From the NCBI GenBank assembly GCA_028023455.1, contig JAQFVV010000008.1, positions 12,400,001 to 12,464,000 of the forward strand: DNA of 64,000 nucleotides, in the 5' to 3' direction. The position numbers and the translations under genes were made by a program. Source of the DNA: Epiperipatus broadwayi. Lineage: Eukaryota > Animalia > Onychophora. Positions within the stretch are counted from its first letter, which is position 1; each line of letters begins with the position of its first letter. Below are positions 1-13,010 of this stretch, piece by piece. Under the pieces are notes generated by a model. It did no database searches. It had not been told where the DNA came from and worked only from the letters and a program-made list of their open reading frames with translations.

Positions 1-440
1 CCTAACCTTTTGAAGTTGTGTGCAGTTACAAATCGTAGTGATAGGTAGATGATAGGCTAACAATTCTTCTACGTACTACTACTTCAACTACAGTTTAAGA
101 TAATTATTTGGGAATGCATACGTTAAAAGTTTCATGTACTTAAAATACGGCCCCCATCAAATCATACCGTAGCGATCTGTCAATTGCGTTTCCTTTAGGA
201 ATACTGTCACAAGACAATGGGAGTAGTATGGGGCTCATTCTAGGAATACTGTTGCAAGATAATGGGCATAATATTTCATTATGTACATGTAGAAGCCATC
301 ACCATCTGGGCGGCCTGTTATGGCTACAACAGCAACGCTGTAGTGTTAGCCTAAGTTAGGCCACAAAACGGTATATCAATGTGCATTTGGTGAAAAGCAG
401 CACCATCAAACAGTCGGGTGTCACAAATGTACCAGTGCCC
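1..440. repeat. Truncated non-autonomous DNA-transposon-like repeat running off the window start
   Basis: Higher GC and retained CpGs relative to the flank. Contains CCTAACCT and CCTAAGTTAGG motifs and an internal duplicated 26-mer (taggaatactgt..caaga.aatggg). No family assigned. Confidence 0.3.
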
Positions 441-3400
441 ATTAAAGTTTAAAGATTTTCTATTAATATAAACTGAGCATTGATTATATATATATATATG
501 TGTGTCAGAGATGATTATCTAGATCAAGTGACGAGTGCTGGTTCAGCACAAAATACATATATTGGAAATCATTTATCTTTTTCATATATGTGTGGTTATG
601 TGTATTGGTTGCATGATAGAGAGGGTAGCTGCAGGGAATTTGAAAGTCTGTGTTCAAATCTCTTATAATTACATTTAAACTCGAAGTATATTAATTATGT
701 TTGTATTTCAAGTATTATATATACATAATCCATAATGCATTGACCTTTATTTGGACAAATATGAAATTAACTTGCCAAATATTATATAAAAACTAATTAC
801 TGGAAAAACAAACAGATAAATTCAAAAACACATGACTAAAATATGAAGTTTTAAAGCTTTTTCAGCTTCCACTTTTTGTAATATTATCAATAACAACTAA
901 GAAGTTTGTGGAATATTTATGTAAGTCAGATGGTTATTATATTACTTGAAAATGCAAAAATTTTTATACACTCATATAAACATATTATGTTCAGATAAGA
1001 ATTAATTTCACTTTATATTCAGCTTAGCAAAGTAATTTCTTTTATTTGAATTTAAGAAAGATGTAAATATCTGAAAATATGCACAGAAACAATTGAAATT
1101 TAATAAAATATTTCTCTATTTTGCTTACACATTGTAGTAAACAACATCAACAAAAAGCTAATCTTTAATAAGTTTAAAATAAACCTTTATTATCATTTGT
1201 TTTATACATATATAATCTCTGGAAAGTCTTATATAAAATGGATTTAATTATATTCTTCCCTATCCAGAATATAACTGTATTCATAATGAAGAATAACACT
1301 CTTAAAATTTCCATATAACACTCTTCATAATTGTAAAGGATGAACAAGTAAAAATACAAGTAATGGAAAAATGAAGTATGAAAGTAAAGCTTATTAATGA
1401 ATTAACACAAAATCTGGTTTAAAAAGTAAGGTAAAAAAATTAAAAAAAAAAAACATGCTAAGTTTGATTTAATTTATAAATAATAATTTTACTTTGAGTG
1501 AAAAGTGAGACAGTTTTAGTTATTAGCAAAAAGTGTATATATATTCAAAAGATGGAAAATTATATAAGGGGTATGTGTGTTTGAAATAATAAGTTTTCTT
1601 CTGTAGTAATAGAAAAGGAAATAAATTTGTGAAATAATGAAAAGTGGCCTTCTTTTAACAGTTATGATTTCCTTAAAGAAAAAAATCTAAAGAAGTAATA
1701 AAGGATGAAGAATTTAGTACTATGAATTTAATCTTATTATCTGATAATTAGTGAATATACTTATAGAGAAGGTAGTTTTTAATATTCAGCCATTCATGCC
1801 ATTAATATGATATATTGAATCTATTGAAGGCATGCTAGGCAGCAATAAAGCTACATTTTAAAAACTACCATTTCTGAGAGTATATTTATTAATTACCAGA
1901 TATTATGTTAACTCAGAAAAGAAGAAAATTAGTGATAGTTGAATTTAATCTTAAAAGTTGCAAAGATATTAGTGAGAATGTCAAATGAACAACTTTACAA
2001 TGTGACAAATCTGTTGAATCTGAAAAGCAGTTTGAATTTAGAAAAAAAAAATTACTGATCTTAATCAGATGTTGAATATAAGTTGGATGAGTCATGAGCC
2101 ACTATTTGGTAAAAAAGAGAGTAAAAATTTAAATAGGTGATAGGAACCATTGTTGAGATATATATATATAGGAAAAAAAGGTTATTGTTTCTCATTTTTG
2201 GACAACTTTGAAGAAGAAAAATAGAGATTAGGAGAGATGACAATTAAGATATTTGTAAGAGTCAAATGCTTTTTAATCTTATGACTGATTTAATACATTA
2301 GAATAACTAAATGAATGTTGTTTTGATACAGGATAGAAATAGCCGTTGGATAGAAAAGTTAATCAATATAAGTTTTGTGGTAATAATGTTTACTGATATT
2401 GAGTATTAATCTAACAAAATGGTAAGTAGAATTGATTAAAATTGTATATAGTTCAGAATAAATACATATAAATTAAAATTGCAATGATCAAACAAGCAAT
2501 TATAAAAATTATTTTGTGTCCCATTAAAGTTAGAATTAAAAAATAGGCTTAATAAAAGTTTTGAATGTTCTTTTTATATGAAGCAGAAATCTGGATGAAT
2601 AGGGAAAGAAAATAGACTGAAAATATAAAAATAGTGATAATAAAAAAATATGAAATTATTGTGAAAATTATTAAATGAAAAATTTGATTGATTATATTTA
2701 CAGCTAAAGGAATTATAAAAAATTATGTTGGGATGGCAAGAGTGAAGAAAGTTGATAACCACAAAAAAGAGACTAGTTATGAGAATTTGAAAATTTAACA
2801 AAGATTAATAGCTTGAACAAAGTTCACAAGTTGATTATATTCTTAGTGACATATTTACATTAGGCAGTGACTATCTGACCTGCCCCAAAATATTCTTAAA
2901 AATTCACATTTAAATTTTTTAAAATTAATTTTTATATGCAGTAATGCCATGATAAAAGATAATGCGATTACCTGTATATCAATTTAATATTGATTTCTGT
3001 TCAATAATTTGGACATTAAATTTTTTTAAAAAAAAGGTATATATATAACATTGTGCACACATACTAATGCAAAAAGGTCATATATAAATATTTATCTATA
3101 TGCAGTTTAATAATTTTTATATTAGAAATGTAATTGTTAATGATCTTACACTTCTAAAAAGCATTAATCAATTTGGTTGAGCATTACATTTTAATTATTA
3201 ATTTATTTAAATTAATAATAATTATGTATAATAGACATCAAGATTAATAAATGTGAAAATAAATGTTGACTTTTATTAACAGCTCCTGTACTAAAAGTAT
3301 ATTTTGTTTATATTTTTTAAGGATATTCAAGAAATTTATTCTGAAAACTACTACAGATGGGGATAGCCCACATGTCTAAAGGAGTCAAATTTAGATCTAC

Positions 3401-4849
3401 AACTTAGGAAAAGAAATGGATTAGGTGTAAATTTCCTTTAATTTTAACATAGATTGACTGATTTTAAAATCCAAATAATATTAACCTCTGAAGTTACAAA
3501 TATTATTTCCTTTTATAATCTTTAGTACTTGATATATACTCTCATGAATAATGTATAATCATCAGTTTAATTAACTCAAATGAAACATTTATTCAAAAAT
3601 GTTGCTATTATTTCTTAAATTCATTTCACATAAGCATGTGATAGATAAATAGAGAAAGAGAAAAAAATCCAGAGAAATACTCATATATTTTTTGAAAAAG
3701 AAAACAGGAGATAAAAGGAAGTCTATATATAGAAACATACATATTATTATAAATAGTTCCTATAAGTAAAGAGAAACTACAATTATTAAAATTCAATCAT
3801 TATGGAATAAAATGACTATTTCCATTCAGAAACCATAAATAATTGCGCACACACACAAACAACAACACAAAACATAAAAATAAAACTCTTCCTGGTTTGA
3901 ATAATATTACCATAAAAATTATAAAAATATTTATTGTATTTACAAACAATGAAATTTTTATTAAGATTAAAATACTATCAAAAATATACCACCCCCTCTC
4001 TATTTCATACTAATTACATTATAAAAATAATTCCACAAAAATTGAAAAGATGAAAGATTTAATAATCACAAATGTACTATATATATGAATGCATATATAA
4101 AACATTATGTTATATCTTCATTATATATATATAGTTGTAATTAATAAATATTACTTTAGTATATAAAATAATATGAGTGGCATGGCATGTGAATGTGTAA
4201 GTTTAAATTGTATAAGTTGATGTATATACATATAAATATATCAGTCTTATATTTAAACTCATTCCATTTACGAAATTTAATGAGCAAATATCAATATCAT
4301 ACTGTTAAAAAACAACAACAACAGAATCATAACAAACTCCTTTTTTTATTCCTATAAAGATCTTTTGTGATTACGATATTAAATGAACTTTGGAAAAATA
4401 ATAAGATAAAAACAATATTTTATTTACATTCTATGTTCGAAATCATTAATTATTCCAAAATTTTATTTAAAAGCAAAATGGCACATTCCAATATCCTTGG
4501 TTCAAGTTTTTTTTTTTTTTCAGAAGAAAATAAATAAATCTTTATTTTACATTTTATAAAAAAAATATTTCTCATTATTAAAGTAATTTAAATTGACAGA
4601 AACTTGATATATCTAAACAATATATATAAAACATGACCTTTAAAAATAAATTATTTTATTAACAATATACAAATAGGATTATAAATTTGTACAAATGAAA
4701 TCTATGTATATAGAAATATACTTAGTACAAATTTATATATATTTATTACAAATAAATATAAGCTTACCTCCTTAATTATAGTTATAATAAGGCTAAAATA
4801 TTGGCCAAAATAAATTAAATTACTTAATAATAATAATTTGTGAAGAACA

Positions 4850-5500
4850 AAAAAATATTTACTAGGATTAAATTTTAGATATATTGGGAAAAATATTAAA
4901 ATGGAAACTTTTTCTAATCCGAAAGAACAAAGTTGCTAGTAAAGAAAAATAAGGAATGCCTGCTGGAGATATAAAATTAAGGAAATACAGAAATAAATTC
5001 ATAAATAATTATAGTTTGAGATAAAGCATGAGTAAATACTGTGAAAGAGATTGAAAATCGCAATAAGCAATAAAGTGTACAGGGAGGTATTAAGAACAAA
5101 TTAAGAAAAAACAAACTAAATAAAGCAAAAAAACATAAGCATTAAAGAGCAGAAATATACAGATAAATGATGCATAAAAAGCAAAAGCAGACAAAATAAT
5201 CATTAAAAAAATAGACCGAATACAAAAAAAAAATATTGTTATAAAGATTAAGAAGTTATGAAAGACTTATAAGAATGATAGCAAATAGAAGAAAAATTGA
5301 TGAAAACTATGATGATATATAGTTTTTTAAAAAGGAAATTCATGCTTAAATATTGAAAAAAAGCAAAAGATGGGAAGACTGAGAAGATCAACTAGAAGAA
5401 AGTTACATATATCACCTAAAATAATAGATTGTATACAGACAGAATCCAAGAGCCTACAGCAGTAATGTGCCTGACTCTCCATGCCAGCCTTAATAAATCT
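4850..5500 (+). mobile_element. Heavily decayed 3' part of an RTE-like LINE
   Basis: A-rich purine skew with EIENR- and KRKMGR-like remnants that resemble RTE C-terminal motifs. Weak evidence. Confidence 0.25.
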
Positions 5501-6567
5501 TGAGAAAAAATCTTTTACAGCTTACAATCATTTCATTTATGTTTGAATATTTCAGAGATTTTATTGCCTAGTAGGGAAAAGGATCAATCAATAGTCAGCC
5601 TCTGTCTCAGAATATATATCCATATATATAGAGAGAGAGACTCACACAAAATATATTTCGACAAAATTATATAACTAATAAATTAACAAATATTTTTTAT
5701 AATATGGGAAATAAAATAATGCAAACCAAGGACATAATGCCATTTAGTGGCCATGGAGAACATACTATGCAAATCTTCTCATCTAGAATGCCAAGGCAAA
5801 CAAAGTTCTTGCCTTTATTTATTATTTTCAAATATATCCTTTCTTCTACCCCCCTCCCCCACCCCTTATAGAAAAATATAAAATTAAAACCAATTATATT
5901 TAAACCTGTCTTACCACTATTATAATCCTTATTGCAATTTTTTTTTGCAATATTTTCAAGCTTTAATAATAAACTTATCACCATAAAACAACTCTTAAAT
6001 TCATTTTAAAAATGAATTACAGATTTTTTTTTTTTTATACAACAAATGATTTAATTGATATATTAGAGCTATATCTGATAAAATTAAGAAAGAAAGCATA
6101 TGAGCGGCCTCTATTAATACATTATATAACTAAGATATAACATATACAATAGGCAGATTCATTTTTTTTGTTGTTGACAGAGAAAAAAAAAACCCCAGAC
6201 TATTTTTAGCTAAAAAATAAAATTGTTAAGTAATCTGTAATAAGATATCACAGCACAGTATATTAGCTATGAACAACCTTAAGAAGCAGGTTATATGTAA
6301 ATATATATGTACAATTATTATAAGTATATAAAACTTGAAAATACTGCGTTTCTATTTTTTAGTAATTTATTGCTAAAGGTGGCAAAACAACTGATTCCAA
6401 GGCAACATGTGAGCATATCTGATATTTTTTTAAATCATAGCTGCTGCATAACTTTAATATATAAAAAAAGAAAAATCTCCATGGCCATACATCGTATGTC
6501 TCCTTTTACAAGATTACGCTGAAATATCATGAAAATGACATAATATAAAAAATTAATTTACAAAAAG

Positions 6568-7085
6568 TCACATAATTTCAGTTTCATGACTTGGTAAAAG
6601 ATTAGTCCGTTCAGAAGGGCCTTCTGGACTGGTTGGTTTTGAAGTTGGGTTTCGAGATGCTCGAGGTGGATAATAAGAATTAGGAATACTAGCACTACGC
6701 TCTGAATTTTCTAATCGATCTTGTATATCCACTATAGACATTGGGCTGTTACTACTATTAGCAGTATCCATATGTGGTTTACTACTAAAGTCTGAACTAA
6801 TTGATGTATTATCTGCACCTTCCACTATTATTTGATTTAAACTCCCAATTTCTGCTCTAGCCCATTCTTTAATAAATACATCTTCCATTGGTTCTTCGAT
6901 ACGCTGCTGATTTTCCATAAAAGTTGCTCTTCTAGCTGCAACATAATGGGACCAGCGAATACATAAATATTGCATATCCATAACAACTCGAACAGAATAA
7001 TCAGGAATAAAAGGTGGTGGTTTAATAATGAGATCAGAATTATTGAGACTTGATGTACTCATTTTAGATAGAATAGTATTCACAG
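6568..7085 (-). CDS. CNNM: CNNM/Uex last coding exon: end of CNBH (FIPDYSVRVVMDMQYLCI...AARRATFME) plus a Ser/Pro-rich tail ending in TGA
   Basis: The PDYSVR motif is typical of the CNNM C-terminus. There is a strong polypyrimidine tract with tttcag|, and phase 1 matches the upstream donor. ORF 6568..7083 in the track. Confidence 0.9.
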
Positions 7086-7277
7086 CTGAAACAAAAAAAA
7101 AATAATTATTTTTTGTATATGCAGTACATACATATGTACATAATAATATTTATGAAGTAAATCTTTAAATACAATATTAGTACATATTTACATACATTTA
7201 GTGATTAATGCAATTAAAACATTAAAAACAACAATATTGTAACAAACAGATAAATAAGCAGTAACAACTCTCTATAC

Positions 7278-7721
7278 CAGGGGTGGCCAACTTTTGTGTT
7301 CATAAGATCTATTTTTTATTTTAAAAATGTGTTGCAATCGACTTGCTGTCATAAGCGATCGACTTGTTGTCATAGGCATAGTCTAAGTGGAGGGAAGTGT
7401 GAAATACACTTTATATATCTAACCAGCAAAAAATAACATTTAACGGGCCAAAAAACTCATGTCGGGGGGAATTAAAGCAACATGAGTAATTATTAATAAT
7501 ATTTATTAATTCAAATTAGCTACATTAAATCAAGATTAAAAATATTATTTTCAATAATGATACAGCTTAGTGGACTTCACCGATCTAGAATTGAAAAAAA
7601 ATTTAGAACAAAAACAAAAATAACAAAAAAACTTAAAAATCTTGACTTAATTTGTTTCACTTGTTACCCGACAGCTCTTGCCAGATTGGCCTCGCGATCG
7701 ACCAAAAATGGCTTTGCCCTG
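7278..7721. mobile_element. hAT (Buster/Charlie-type) MITE, 444 bp
   Basis: Perfect 8-bp target duplication CTCTATAC (7270-7277 and 7722-7729) matching the nnnTAnnn Buster preference. Ends are CAGGGTGGCCAAC...GCCCTG, with repeated subterminal GC(G/A)ATCGAC motifs. Confidence 0.75.
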
Positions 7722-7989
7722 CTCTATACAATAAGTATAGGAAATGGTGATCATGTGATGTTTTGATGGTAAATAAATAAGCATTAATAGTAAAAAACAA
7801 CAATCTGAATTTAACCAAGAAACAAATTTTTATGTACATACAATTATGAAGATTTAACATGGTGGCAAATGTAGTTATAACTAGAAGTATTTTTTATCCC
7901 TTCATTTAGAATTTAATTATTTTCTTTATATCAAGATGTAATTTTTTTTAAGCAGCTCCTCTTCTGTTATAAAAAAGAGATTATACTAG

Positions 7990-8610
7990 AACATATTTTT
8001 ACCAACAGTCTTAATTTTGAGCATCAAGTCAAGAATTGTCATAGGATGGCAACGTAAACAATTTCACTACTGGTTTCTAGCTACTTCGGCTTTTTTCATG
8101 AAAGAAGAGAAAACTAAAAAAAAAACTGCAAATCAAAAATTTCCCTATTTTAAAATTGATATGATTAAAGCATTTTGACCCAGTTAGTCGACATTTGTGA
8201 CATTGGCTGCTTATCCATTGAAATTTATCCATATTATACTACTTCAACATGATGGTGAGAGAGGAAGAGTTATTGCAGTTTTTAGAAAATCCGAGACATC
8301 TGAAATAAAAACTAGTATCAAATAGAAATGTGTGCTACCCCCAACTTTGTTTTCCACTTTTATGATAGTGGTTTTTGAAACAATTTTAGTTGCCCCTATA
8401 AATTATAGCAGACATTGAGATATATGTTTAATGGTAATCTCCATTTGAATTGATTAAAAACAAAAACTTCTTGGTTACTAAATTTATATAATAATGATGT
8501 TTGTGTTATACTTGTCAATTTGAATGATCTTAATAATTTGTTTACAAATTTACAAAAATTTAGTTTATCAGTAAATAACAGATTTGTGCTCTTAAATTAT
8601 AAGGATTATA
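7990..8610 (+). mobile_element. RTE (BovB-like) reverse-transcriptase relic
   Basis: Decayed translation includes KIDMIKAFDPVSR, KFIHIILLQHDG, KCVLPPTLFSTF and FNGNLHLN, collinear with RTE RT motifs and similar to 17640-18250. Confidence 0.65.
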
Positions 8611-8619
8611 AAGAAAAAA

Positions 8620-10330
8620 TGACGACTCAAATCATAAAGTTGAAATTTAATTCGGTGGAAAATTTTAACAACAAGCTTAATAGAGAGACATTTATCACCT
8701 CAATTCTCAGAGCTTACAAAGACAAAGGTATATCGAGAGCAGAATATTACCGAATTTATCCATCTGCCACCAGGCCACCAAGGATGTTTGCCAACTCAAA
8801 GCTACATAAACCTGGAGAGCCTTTAAGACTAATGCTAGATTTTGGAGGAGTGCATTACTTCGAAACAGCTAAGCTGGTAAACCAATGGTTGGTTGATAGC
8901 GAGGTTTTGGCGACTTCTCAATTAAGTCTTCCTTCGAGTTCATTAGAAAAATCAAGAATACATTAATAGACCAAGATTTTGAAATTGCAGCCATGGAAGT
9001 GACAGAATTATATGGATTGATTAACAGGAAGTGGTCGATTGACATAGTTCATAAAGAATTAATAAGTAATCATTGTCCATATGAGCGCATGAACTTTATA
9101 TTGGCTCTCCTTAATTGGTTAGACAATAACATTTTTACAACTTTTGAGGGTGGATGGTATGATATGAGAGACAGTTGGCCAATGGGTCTTCCCTTAAGTG
9201 GAGTAATTTCTAGCATATTTTTAAACTTCTTCGAAAAGCAAATCATTTCCAAATACCTCTCTAACACTTCTGGATTAATATACTCACATTATGTGGATGA
9301 TGTGTTTCACGAACATTAAAAATGAATTACAGCTGCAAATTAAATTAATTATAAACACCACTTAGGAGAACAAATGGCAAAAAATAAAATATTTGGATTT
9401 GCTTTTCCATAGAGAAGGCAGAGCTCTGCATTATTGCATGATTGTTAAGCTTCTTGAGGTCAGAGGTTTTGCCCACCCGAACTACAATACACCTACATCA
9501 CATAAATTTGCAGGTTTAAACGCATTTGTATTTAGAAATCAAAATTTGTGTAAATTCGAAGCTGATAGGAAGACTAACATTGCAGGCTATATAAAAGATT
9601 TATTAAGTGTTGGCTTCAGCTACAGATTAATTACAAAGAAAATAGATCAATTTTACAAAAAATCAATAACTAACCACATAATTAAAGATAAACCTCAAAT
9701 CGCCCTCCCTTACATCCCCAAAGTATTACAACAGTTTATAAAGACTTTAGCTGATGAATTTAAAGTCGGCTTCCACACTCCCCCTAATACTAACAGACTG
9801 ATTAATAATTCGAAAAACAGAATAAATTCATCTCAGGCACCCTAGGTCGTATGCAGCATTTCATGCCTCAGGCTAAATACAGTGCCACATACTACGGGGA
9901 AACCAAGCCACTGTCCATAATAGAGCTGCTCAACACATGTATACATATATATAGAAGAGCTTAAAAAAATAATGATAACTTCTCAATATTTTTCGAACAT
10001 GAGAAGCAGGCCGGTCATGTGCTCGAACCCTGCAACCCCAAGATAGTGTGCTCCGAAGTCAATGATTGTAAAAGAAAGATCAAGGAGGCATATTTTATTA
10101 TCAATAATAACAATGCCATCAATAGACGTGACACGTGTTTTGCTATTTCAAGAAAATGGACAAATTAATTTGCATATGCATTTGCATACATTATTATTTA
10201 CTAACATTACAGCAATGGTTTATAACCTATTTTGGCCATGAATATGAGGGAAAACCTCAAAAGTACTAGGCCTAGATTAATTTAATGTAATTGTTTTTGT
10301 TACTATTGACAGCTTCATCTTCAGCAGATT
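8620..10330 (+). mobile_element. Penelope-like element: RT plus C-terminal GIY-YIG endonuclease, frameshifted, with 3' pLTR
   Basis: Motifs in order: PRMFANSKLHKPGEPLR, PMGLPLSGVISSIFL, HYVDD, IALPYIPK, VVCSISC..YYGETK, EHEKQAGH, KRKIKEAYFI. This is Penelope/Poseidon-type order, with no evident Zn-finger linker. Confidence 0.9.
10234..10272 (+). ncRNA. Decayed minimal hammerhead ribozyme in the PLE 3' repeat
   Basis: GGCC-atgaata-t-GAGG-gaaaa-CCTC-aaaa-GTAC-TA-GGCC shows stem I, stem II and a palindromic stem III (AGTACT) in PLE hammerhead layout. The core is mutated (CUGAnGA to AUGAAUA, GAAA to AAAA). Confidence 0.55.
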
Positions 10331-11219
10331 AAATCGCTTATATATGCTAATAGTAATAATTATAAATCAACCTTTAACTTAGTTATTAATTTAAGAAAGA
10401 AGAAAAGTTTAAATATTTTGATATCTTGTAGTAATTTGTAAATTCTAATGTGCTGTTGCTCTATTTAGGAAATTTCATCATAATGTTGAAATTACTTAGA
10501 CTAAATTGCTTATATATAAGGATATTAATATACTGCAATGAAGTGAGACACAGACTTTGTATCAATACAATATAAAGGCATTAAACTTTTCATTTGAAGA
10601 TTCTATGTAATATTTTGAAAATACAATGGCAAGACACAAAAAGACCAATTGCTATATTCTTCAGTTGCTGAATTGATGAAGGGCATTTCATTAGACTTAG
10701 CATGTAAAGCAAATGAATAATAATAGAATTGTTAAAAAAATATTTCAAGGTGAGAAAGTTTTCATAGAGAATTAAGCTCCATTTATATTACATAAATTGT
10801 CTCAAAAACATCTGATGAAAGGCAATATTGACTGCTTTTGATAGAAAGATATAACCGAAGATAGAATACAATGAAAAGCTACAGTTATACAATATATTAA
10901 ATCCTCTGAGAAGGAAAAAAAACATTTGATGCAAGAGAAGTTAAAAGACAGCTTGACAAGATATCAAATAAACAAAGTGAAGTACTAGCATGTCATATAT
11001 GGACATAACGTGAATGGTAAAGTCAATGAAAAATTAACTTTTTGTTCTCCATTGATTCTCTACCTTTTCCCCCATGGAATTCAAACAATAATACTAATTG
11101 ATGAATGAGTAACCACTAATGATGATGAACACACACATACAAATTCTTGATATAAGACAAGCATTATCATTCACAAATATTTTTTTACAAAATTCAATAA
11201 TTAAAAAAAGTTTCTGAAC

Positions 11220-11465
11220 CTGTTAAGAGTTGTGTTCCAAAATAATTAAAAGGTCCAGCTTCAAATATTATATTTTCTTTGCCAATGGTAACTTCAACAC
11301 GACCTTCCAAGATCATAACAAAATAATCAGCTTGTTTGCCATGCTGGTAAATGTAACGATCTTCTTTTTCATTGGATTTTAATTTGATTGATACAACAAT
11401 ATCTTGTTTTATAAGTCTACGCAAAACTACCTCAGATATATATTCCTTTTTAAATGCATCCACAC
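11220..11465 (-). CDS. CNNM: CNNM/Uex internal exon: cyclic-nucleotide-binding-homology domain (VDAFKKEYISEVVLRRL...DYFVMILEGRVEVTIGKENIIFEAGPFNYFG)
   Basis: Resembles the CNNM motifs SEKILLRLL, DYFVLILQGKVEV and FSYYG. Acceptor tatag|. The only GT donor between the conserved block and the stop is CAG|gttcag (weak), giving 246 nt, phase 1/1. Confidence 0.9.
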
Positions 11466-12789
11466 CTATATAAAAAATGAAAATTTTAAATTAATGTTAT
11501 CATAATAAAAACATTTAAAAAACATATTAAACATTTCTGTAATACATTAATGAGCATTTATATTCAGCTATAATCAGGTGGATAAGAAAAATCTTAAGTC
11601 TGCTATTCCACTCTCATTGTGTAGTATCATTTGCTATGTTAAAAAAAAAAAACAACTTTAAAGTAGTTATATGTTTATTTTTTATTCATGTGGTGATGAG
11701 CTTAAATATAGTGAGATATATAAAAAGCATTTAATACACTTAATAGAGAATATAATTTTCAGGAATAGTATTACTTATATAATAACACTTATTTGAACCA
11801 AAGTATTTTCAATTGTTATAAAATCTAGAAAATATAATAACAGACTTCAGAGAGCAGTAAAAGTTATGCTACTCACAGGAAAATACAAACTTTTGGAAAA
11901 AAAAGTTGACCGGAAATTTAGAGCATAACCATGTCCAAAGTAAAAGGTTTCATAATAGTCTATATATAGATGTACACAAGTAAAATATTTATTCAAATAA
12001 TGGTACAGAATCAGTCATCCTGAAGTTGAATAAGTTGTAAAATAGGCTAGATAAAGATTTGTATAAATAGATGCATTACATTTAGCTAATAAGAAACATA
12101 TTTGTGCTTAATTTAACCTAGTCAGTAATCTAATTATGTAAAAAAATAAAAGTTAAATAAAGTAGAAGTTATTACAATGAAGATAAACAGCTTAAAAGAA
12201 TGGTCAAAGCCTATTTAATTTGTTATACTTTTCTGTGTAACTCTGTAAGTTTGTATATAATAATAGTGAAAAGAGAATAGTCTAAGTTTCTCTGCTGGTG
12301 GATATTTGTAGTAAGATAGAATTGAGATGAGAGCTGTGTTAATAATAGTACAAAAAAATTGAAAATACTTATTATTGCAAAAATTTATCTTATGTAGGCA
12401 TTTCACTAAGTATGAATATTATGTTGATATTGCTGAAAATATTTTATTTATAGGTAGATATTACAAATATATTTACAATAATTGGAAAATCTGTAAAATT
12501 GTAGAGCTCTTCATTTACAAAAGTATCATTTAAAAAATATAGCATCATATTAGGAATGTTTTTTCTTGTAATGTAAAATTTGATTGGTAATTATATAATA
12601 AAGTTTTCATGATAAGGCAATTAAGATGCATTTCCTGCAATAAGAATATATTTAAATTACAGAATACTAAATAAAAAAACAGTCTACAAAAAAACAAAAC
12701 AAATTTGAACTTAAGCAAATAACATCCATATAAAACTGCAATCAAGTAAAATGACAATTTATTTAAAAAAAAACATAAATGCATATATT

Positions 12790-13010
12790 TTAATAATTTT
12801 AAATTATGTTTTGATCTTAAAGATAACTTGAAATGTGTCTAAGAAAGACAGATATGTCCATAGTTTTAAAATATTGTAATAAATATGGAACTAGAGTAAA
12901 AAATCGTAATATTCCTAAATTATTTAATAATTTATCTAGTAAATTAAGAAGCTTGCAACATTATACGAAAATAAAAAATAAATTAAAAAACATATTAAAG
13001 AGGAGGAAAA
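12790..13010 (+). mobile_element. Possible 3' end of an L2/CR1-group LINE
   Basis: KYGTR..NIPKLFNNLSSKLR...KNKLKNIL resembles the C-terminal motif of L2/Crack ORF2. Weak evidence. Confidence 0.3.

Noticed and set aside
1-10. CCTAACC as a (TTAGG)n telomeric repeat
   Set aside because: It is a single unit with no array.
480-6522. Short ORFs in the presumed 3' UTR/downstream region and other Phe/Ile/Leu/Lys-rich ORFs across the window
   Set aside because: Their composition mirrors AT-rich DNA, many rely on non-ATG starts that are irrelevant in a eukaryote, and there are no motifs or splice support.
10810-10855. CTGATGA followed by a short stem
   Set aside because: No correctly placed GAAA, stem III or cleavage triplet.
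11064-11093. 30-nt in-frame CNNM microexon candidate (AG...GT, phase 1/1)
   Set aside because: Poor polypyrimidine tract and no homology support. Such matches arise easily by chance, so RNA evidence is needed.
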